From Octopus vulgaris (lineage: Eukaryota): a DNA stretch of 64,000 nucleotides. This document shows, one piece after another, positions 55,789 through 64,000 of this stretch; the first letter of the stretch is position 1; each line of letters begins with the position of its first letter. Both the position numbers and the translations under genes were made by a program. The stretch lies in assembly GCA_951406725.2 (NCBI GenBank), contig OX597815.1, positions 40,300,001 to 40,364,000 on the forward strand, read 5' to 3'. Under the pieces are notes generated by a model. The model did not search any database and was not told the DNA's origin. It saw nothing but the letters and a program-made list of their open reading frames with translations.

Positions 55789-57404
55789 CTAAAATACAAG
55801 AGAAATGATTTGATATAGAGCATCTTCTGATATAGCACTGTAAACTTAAAGAAAACAGAAACAACAATTTTTTTAAGATAGAGACAGAGCAACACGTTTC
55901 ATGGGAGGTTATAATTAGTTATATCAGCTTCAGTACTTGACTGGAACTTAATTTATGAACCCCAGGAAGATGAAATTCAAAGTGGATCCAGGTGAAACTT
56001 GAATTCAGAATGTAAAGGGAAATAACAAGCAACAGTTACCATATCAATTAATTTTATTACTATTATTATTAATATATGAAGGTGATGAGCTGGCAGAATC
56101 GCTAGCATGCTGGGGAAAATGCTTAGTGGAATTTCATCTGTCTTTACATTTTGAATTCAAATTCCACTGAGATTGACTTTGCCTTTCATCTCTTTAGGGT
56201 TGATAAATTAAGTACCAGTGGAACACTGAAGTTGATGTAATCAACCAGCCACCTCCCCCAAAATTTCAGGCCTTGTGCCTATAGTAGAAGGGATTATTAT
56301 TGATACTAGTACTGAAGGAATACAAACAGGACAATTATGTTTATTTCATTGAGTTATATTTGTTCTAGCATCTCTGTCACCTCTACTATTTTCAGGAACT
56401 ATTCAGGGTTTTTGCTCTGGTACCACATCACTACCATCTTAGCTTTCCCAGATACACCCATTTTTATATACATTGGCGTTAGGAAGGGTATCCAGCTGTA
56501 GAAACTCTGCCAGATCAAAATTGGAGCCTGGTGCAGCTATCTGGTTGCCAGCCCTCAGTCAAAATCGTCCAACCCACGCTAGCATGGAAAACGGATGTTA
56601 AACGATGATGATGATGATGTGGAATAACTATGTATCTTTTCTATAGCAAAGGAGCTCTTTGAACTTGACATTAAATCACTTTCTTACTCTTTCAACTACT
56701 GCTGCCACTTAGTCAAGAGGGTTTTCCCTTTTCCCCTTTTTACCTTCACTTCTTTCCTGTCTTGCAAGTTACTTGGCAACTGTACTAGTGTTGGTAGCAT
56801 GAAAAAATACACTGGCATTGTGAAGGACATCCAGTCATAGAAACCATGCCAAAGGTGACAGGGAGCACGATGTAGCCCCTCAATGCATCCATCCATCCTT
56901 CCATTCCTCCATACTGGTTTGTTTACATCCCTGTAACTTAGCATTTTGGTAAAAAAAAAAGACCAGTAGAATAAGTACCAGACGTAAACGGCTGGGGTCA
57001 GTTCGTTTGACTAAACCTTTCGCTGTGGTACCAAGAATGGCCACTGCCCAATGACTGAAACAAATTAAAAATAAGATATAAAACATTGTTCATTTTCAGT
57101 GATCAATAAAACACCTTTTCAATACTCTTCAATAATTTAGAAAGATCATAGCTCAAATATTATGATATCCCCAGATCTGTTCAAATCATATAACTCATGC
57201 AGACATGGAAAATGAATGTTAAATGGTTATGATGATGATGATGATGATGATATTTTGTGTGCAGTAGTTAAACCAGTGGTATCAAACTTGTTTGGCTTTG
57301 TGGGCTATATTGAAGCATAAACTAGATTTTATGAGCCATAATGTAGGCAAAACTAAATGGCTAAATAGGTCAATATATATTATAACAACTTTATCAACTG
57401 TAAA

Positions 57405-58345
57405 ATAATAATAATAATGAAATTATTGTATACAGTGCTCAGGTGCACCACAACTTGTCAGAAAGTGCATATAAAGTACATGCAGTAATGTAGAAATGTC
57501 TGGAAAGCGAACAATGTATGAGTCAGATACATGCTTGTGTGTGTATGGAGGGGAGAAAATCAAGTGTAGTGTTGGCGAATCTCAGGAAGCATGGAAGTTT
57601 TGAAGGATGCAGTGCTCCGACAACTAACAACCGATGCCGGCAGTTTGTTCCATGCTTCAGCAACTCTCAGCGTGAAAAAATGTTTCCTGAAGTCATGGGA
57701 GCTGTGCTGTTTTCTGACTTTGTAAATATGTCCACGGGTGTTAGATGGGTGGAGTTTGAAAAGGTGCTCAGAGTTATTGTTTGTACGATGGTTGATAATT
57801 TTATGGGTGTCTGCCAAGTCAGCTGCCAGACGTCAGAGTTTCAATGTGTCCATGCCCAGGGAAGTAAGGCGTTCAGGATATGGCAAATGCCTGATGGAGG
57901 GTATTCTTTTGGTTGCACGTCGCTGAACAGCTTCCAGTCGATTGATGTCCTGGGCAAGATAGAGATTCCAGACCGGTGATGCAAATTCCAGGTGAGGTCT
58001 TACCATAGTTATATAAAGCCGCAGATAGATAGCCGGAGAGCGGTTCACAAAGGATTTGGTGAGTGATGCCAAGACACCCTCAGCCTTCTTGACAATTTTA
58101 GCGATGTGTTTTGTCTAACGCAAATCACTGTCGACAATAACACCCAGGTCCCGTTCACATGAAGACTTTTTGAGACTAGTGTTGTGGAGGGAGTAGGTGG
58201 ACGCTGGGTTTCTCCTCCCAAAATGCATGGTGCTACATTTGTCCACAGCCAGCTTGAGTTGCAAGTCCATGATCCACTGCTGCATTGTGTCCAGGTCTGC
58301 TTGCAATAGAGATCTATAGTGTACAGGATTTGACCTCTTTATTTC
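57405..58345 (-). mobile_element. CR1-type LINE 3' end, same family as 38020-38535
   Basis: Overlapping near-identical sequence; RPHLEFASPVW, LEAVQRRATK, TRGH, FFTLRVAEAWNKLP; in-frame stops; (ATT)n tail. Confidence 0.9.
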
Positions 58346-59449
58346 GAGAAGTAAGGAAGGAAATATTAGAATAGTTTGTCTGCAGAAATGTGTATATACA
58401 CCACGTAGTGTATATATAGTCCTATTAATTCCTATGAATGTGCAAAGAGATAGAAATTGCTCAAAGATGGATATGTACAATTCTACAGTTCTTAAGAAGT
58501 CTAATGCTTGCACAGTTTCAGTTACAAAGCCTTTCAGTAGCATTCATGTAACATCACTGGACTCCATTGAAATGAACATGTGCACAATTTTGCAAAAATA
58601 AAAAAAATCTCTTATGTATTGATAAAGTTAAGGGGAAATAGCTCACTCCTTTTGATATATGGATTCATAAGGTTCTTTTTCAGTGACTGAGATAACGAAT
58701 GATTCCTTAAGGTGCAGTGATTTGATCAGAACAGATGTTAATCCCAATTCCTGTCAGGCTCTAATTCTGAGCCCATGCCAATGATATATATTTTACAGAA
58801 TATTAAAAAAATTTTTCTATAAGGCTTTCAATTTTTTTTTTTTTATAAAATTGAACCAGCACCTTGATTAAATATTGTCATGGAACAGATCTGGCTTGCA
58901 GTCAGCTTGACACAACTAAGTTAAGCTATAGTTATAACTGACCTAATTTTGATACTTCAAAGGGTGCAACAATAACAGCAACAACAATATCTTGTTATTG
59001 TAGTGATCCAACAAGGGAACCTCTATGTAGTCAGTCAACCTGCTAGAAGCAGCAACTAAATCTCCCTGAAATGACATTCCACATTATTAGTCATAAAAAT
59101 GAAAGGGCTCAAGGCAATGAATTGGCAGAATTGTTAGCATGCCAGGCAAAATACTTAACGGTATTTCATCCATCTGTATGTTCTGAGTTCAAATTTCACC
59201 AGAGTTGACTTTGTTTTTAATCCTTTCAGGATCGATAAAATAAGTACTGATAAATGGAGCACTGGGGTCAATGTAATTAACTTATCCCTCCCTGAAATTG
59301 CTGGCCTTGTACCAAAATTTGAAAATTTAAATCAATAAGGAAAGGGATAATGTAGTCCTAGATACACTAAAATGGCTGGATGGACATGATTGAAATGCCT
59401 TTGATAATAGGATTGCTCAATCAGGGCTGACACAGGACTAAACACCAAC

Positions 59450-60215
59450 ATCATCATCATTTCATCATTTAACGTCCGCTTTCCATGCTAGCATGGGTTG
59501 GACGATTTGACTGAGGACTGGCAAACCAGATGGCTGCATCAGGCTCCAATCTTGATCTGGCAGAGTTTCTACAGCTGGATGCCCTTCCTAATGCCAACCA
59601 CTCCGAGAGTGTAGTGGGTGCTTTTACATTCCTCCGGCATGAGGGCCAGTCAGGTGGTACTGGTAACAGCCACACTCAAATGGTGTTTTTTACGTGCCAC
59701 CTGCACAGGAGCCAGTCCTGCGACACTGGCATTGACTTCGCTCGGATGTTTTTTCCCGTGCCACTAAGGCAATGCTGGTAATGATCATGCTCGAATGGTT
59801 GTTTTTATGTTCCACCAGCACGGAAGCCATTTAGCCGCTCTGGTAACAATCATGCTCAGATGGTGCTCTTAGTGCTCTACTAGCATGGATGCCAGTCATC
59901 AAATTTGATTTCGATTTCACTTGCCTCAACAGGTCTTCGCAAGCAGAGTTTAGTGTCCAATGAAGGAAAGGTATGCATAAGTGGGCTGGTTATACACCAC
60001 TGGCATAGGCCACGAGGTTATGGTCTCACTTGGCTTGCTGGGTCTTCTCAAGCACAGCATATTTCCAAAAGTCTCAGTCACTAGACATTGCCTCAGTGAG
60101 GCCTAATGTTCAAAGGTTGTGCTTCACCACCTCATCCCAGGTCTTCCTGGGTCTACCTCTTCCATAGGTTCCTTCAACCGCTAAGGTGTGGCACTTTTCA
60201 CACAGCTACTCTCGT
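59450..60215 (-). mobile_element. RTE 3'-end fragment (similar short copies near 5357, 12020, 12430, 29090, 30228, 53400, 56475)
   Basis: Family tail followed by the GRPRKTW-encoding ORF end. Confidence 0.8.
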
Positions 60216-60546
60216 GAACAGTAATTGTAACAATGGCTGCTGCAGCAGCAGCAGCAACAGCAGCAGTGATGACAACAGCAAATACAGAAGTAACAACAAT
60301 AATAACAACAAAAGCAGAAGTCACCACAAAAACACCAACAATAACTATAGCAATAATGACAACAGGATGGCAAACTTCAGCAGTAACAACAATAAAAGGA
60401 ATAACAGCAGCAACAACTATAATATTAACAATATCAATAATCCAATGAGGTTTGACCTGCTAGAAATAGCAGCCAGTTTTTTTTTGTTTTTTTTTTTAAA
60501 TCACATCTTTAAAATGAACTGGTAAATACTTAGTAAAGTAACATAC

Positions 60547-60613
60547 CTCCTGCACTGATGAAACACAACAGACTGGAAAGGCAGCAGACAATGAAGAAAC
60601 TCTGAGTATACAT
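60547..60613 (-). CDS. Secreted Cys-rich repeat protein, signal-peptide exon
   Basis: (t)9cag acceptor 4 nt before ATG; MYTQSFFIVCCLSSLLCFISAG-; phase-1 donor G|gtatgt. Confidence 0.85.
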
Positions 60614-61219
60614 TTTTCTGAAAAAAAAATTCCTTGAATATAATCCGCATTTTTTTCCCAAAATTTAATGGTCAAAATCCCTAGTGCGTACTATATACAA
60701 GGTTAAAAATGAAAAATATTCTCTAAGCGATGTCCGAGTCTCTATTTGCTGTCCTGCAATGTTTATTCAGATGCATTTTGTGATGCCGGGCGTGAAAATA
60801 CCTTAAGCTAAACCTGAAAGCAATGAAGTTATAAAAGAATCATCCATAACTTGCAGTAAGCAACATTTATTAAAATAAAAGTATTCAGAACACAGAATTA
60901 CATGTAACAAAAACAATTTGCAAATATATTTACATTCCCATATAACAGTTAAGAACATCACCATTATTGTATTATGCATGCATGGAAGTGTTTGTTCAAC
61001 TAGGTGCTGCTGGCTTAATTACGCACGACTCAAGTTAGAGAAGGAGTGCGTATTATACACAAGGTTTAGGTTTTTCAGAGGTACAGCCCCCTAAAAATCC
61101 CCTGCGTATTATACTCAAGGGCAGACTATACTCGAGGATTTACGGTACTTGAAGATCATCATCATCATCATCATCATCATCAACAACAATAACAACAACA
61201 ACATCAGCAGCAGCAGCAG

Positions 61220-62160
61220 CACTGTCAGAGTTGGAACCTGGAATGTCACAACTTTATATCAAAGTGGCAAACTTGAAAATGTTCAGCAAGAGATGATAGG
61301 ACTAAACACCAACATCCTGGGTATAAATGAAACAAAGTGTCCGAATAATGGTAACTTCATCATCAATGATTTCAAGATGATCTATACACGTGGTAACAAA
61401 TATGAAAAATTAGTAAGATTACTTTTAGATCCTGATATGGCAGAATGTATCCTTGACTACTGGACAGTAAGTGAAAGAGTCCTGCTGGTCAATCAGCATA
61501 GACATCCATTCAATAGTTGCTTATGCACCCACAGTAGATAGCACCAAAGAGAATTCTGATGCCTTCTATGAGACCTTGGAAGAGCAAGTCAGATCAAGGG
61601 AGATCTGAATGCAAAAGTGGGGCATGGACAGAATGGCAAGCAGTTGGTGAGTATGGAATTGGTGAGAAAGATGAGTGAGGTGAGAGATGGATATGGTAGT
61701 GTGAGGTAAAGAATAAGATTATAACACCCTAGAAGAATTTACACATGGAGGGACCCTGGTGACAGCTCAAAAAACCAAATTGATTATATCTCCATCAATG
61801 ACAGATTAAAAATATCACTGAAACACACAAAAGCATATCCAGGAGTAGACTGTGGGACCAACCATGTGCCAGTGGTATGCACACTTCTCTGTAAATTAGA
61901 GAAGTTGAAGAGAGCAAGCACTGCAGAGAAACTGGATATTGAGTGGCTGAATAAGCCAGAGGTAGAGCTGGAGCATTCCATCAACGTTGAGAACAAATTT
62001 AATCAATTGATTGATAATGGCAAGGAGAATACCCGGGAAGTAATGAGAAGACATTAGTAGAACAGCCCAGGAAATCTTGCCAAAGAAAATGAATAAAATG
62101 AAAAAAAAAATGGATGACCGAGGTGATCTTTTCAAAGACAGAAGATCAAGAACAGGAAAT
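61220..62160 (+). mobile_element. Degenerate LINE APE endonuclease (RTE-like)
   Basis: VGTWNVTTL..ILGINETK, GDLNAKVG, NQIDYI, TNHVPV remnants with stops and frameshifts. Confidence 0.8.
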
Positions 62161-62312
62161 TCAAAGAGAATAGGGAGTTAGGGAGTTAGATATATGGATT
62201 TGCGTCAGTGAGTTTCTACATGTAGAAACCCATAAAAATAAAAGCAATAAGAAGTGTAATGATTGTTTTCTTACCTAAATTCTGTTCAAATTAACAGTTT
62301 AAACTAACAGAA

Positions 62313-62366
<54 letters not shown>

Positions 62367-63933
62367 CATACATGCATACATACATACGTACATACATACA
62401 TACATACATACAAACATGCATACATACATACATACATACATACATACTACATACATACATACATATATATATACACACACACATATACACACACACACAT
62501 ATATACACATACACATACACACACACACATTGATAGAGGTTCAATCTTCTGAGAAGCTACACCTGTTTATATTTTGATCATATACTGTTGTTGTTGTTTT
62601 TTATTTTCACTAATATTACATTTTTATCAAGATTTAATAGGATCCTGGTGATAATGTTATCATAACATCTTTTTCTCTATTTTTAAACATTTTCACATTG
62701 GCACTTTAATGATTTGATAAGAGTATCAGAGATTGTTTGCTGGGTTTTTTTTTTTTTTTTTTCTCAAGGATTTTCTCCTTCACTAAAATTTATAAGTGCA
62801 TGGAGGCTTTGAAATCTCCTTGCTTATGTGGATAATTATGAAGGAGACCTAGAATATAATTATATATTAAATTATAAATAATTAAATGTAATTTCAGAAA
62901 ATATATGTAAATATTGTATTTGTTAGTGGTATTGCACTTCTATAGTGTAGTGAAAATTTTTTGCTAATAGATCCAAATTGCATATCCCTTCTAATTGCAA
63001 ATTTTGGTGCCTTTCACTGTAAAATCACTCATTTCATGAATCTACATGCAGTTTTATATAAATAATGAAATTTTTTTTAATCCTTAAAATATATTCCACT
63101 GTGTCTATGTACTCCAACATGATTAATGTCAAGAACCTTACATATCCACATCATTATGATACTTATAAAGCATTGTTTTGAGCAAAGGTGTGTTTTGTCT
63201 GTGCAACCATTTCAATAAAGGAATATCTGTACTCTTTTAGTTGAGCTTTTGTACACTATACAGTCTCTGTTCCTTCCTTACATCACAGAGTGGAAGATGT
63301 GTACCCAGCATTCTTTTGAAAGAATTTCCAACGGATGATCAGCATCTGTGGGATTGAGAATCATCATGTTTGCTGTGCCAGGTAAACTGTTACCTTTTCA
63401 CAAAGTTGGTGAACTAAGCATTATTTGAAAGTTTTGGCATCTTCTGGATGGGACAATAATAAGGAAGACGGTAAACACACTGCACTGAGCAGCTGATTGA
63501 AATTTTACCAACATTGTTATAACTGAAGTTATATTTTTATTTAGATAAAGACATCTTACAGAAACTGTCCATTACAGAAGATATTGATAGCTTGATAATA
63601 ATGAATAACTGATTGGAAGAACCAAACAGTATGGAAACTAATTTTTTAATTAATATTAATTCTATTACATATATAACACATGTGTATATGATATATAATA
63701 CAAAACTATATTGAAACACAAATTCCAAACCAAACATAAACATGAGCAAAGAAAGAAGAAAAAGAAAAAAGAGGAAAAAGGAGAAAAAAGAAAGAAAAAA
63801 GAAAAGAAACATCAATTCACCACCAAGTGCTTCAATTGGTTGCACACCACAAGTTTCAACAGAACCTACTGAAGCAAGCCAACACACTTGCAGCATTATC
63901 ATTGATGATGGCAAGGCTAAAGCACTGGAACAG

Positions 63934-64000
63934 CTAAGCACCTTCACAGGCACCACCTGACACCTCAGTAAGGTGAGTGGTCAACAATGACAAGAACTTT
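63934..64000 (-). CDS. Possible C-terminal end of a gene entering from beyond the window
   Basis: Non-repetitive, GC-richer sequence; longest open frame from the window edge reads KFLSLLTTHLTEVSGGACEGA*; too short to identify. Confidence 0.25.
   Translation of the reverse strand, partial: KFLSLLTTHLTEVSGGACEGA

Noticed and set aside
60106-60525. Asn/Ser-rich 139-aa ORF
   Set aside because: Antisense RTE fragment fused to degenerate (CAG/AAC)n repeats
60555-60590. CTGATGA...GAAA
   Set aside because: No stems; explained as the antisense of the signal-peptide exon
63537-63956. 139-aa hydrophobic ORF
   Set aside because: Hydrophobicity derives from a T-rich low-complexity tract; non-ATG start

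Overview
AT-rich, repeat-dense animal genomic DNA, most likely an octopus or other coleoid cephalopod (inferred from the SINE/LINE repertoire, not verified). I reconstructed three spliced genes by hand, none of them recoverable as a whole from the ORF track. (1) A complete COX19 on the - strand: 3 exons, 90 aa, spread over 33 kb (36074->2820). (2) A head-to-head 189-aa orphan on the + strand (39535-47773). (3) A 141-aa secreted, cationic, 12-Cys three-repeat protein on the - strand (60613->49753), one repeat per exon. The rest is RTE, CR1/L2-type and Penelope-like (Neptune-type GIY-YIG) retroelement fragments, tRNA-derived SINEs, MITEs and microsatellites. The most striking hidden structure is a set of about seven sequence-unrelated families of type I hammerhead-ribozyme-like motifs. 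Most sit in (TA)n tracts, several as palindromes with a one-sided tail (up to a 1.45-kb near-perfect hairpin), and most lie inside COX19 introns. Ribozyme activity, expression and family names are inferences; nothing was computed or searched.
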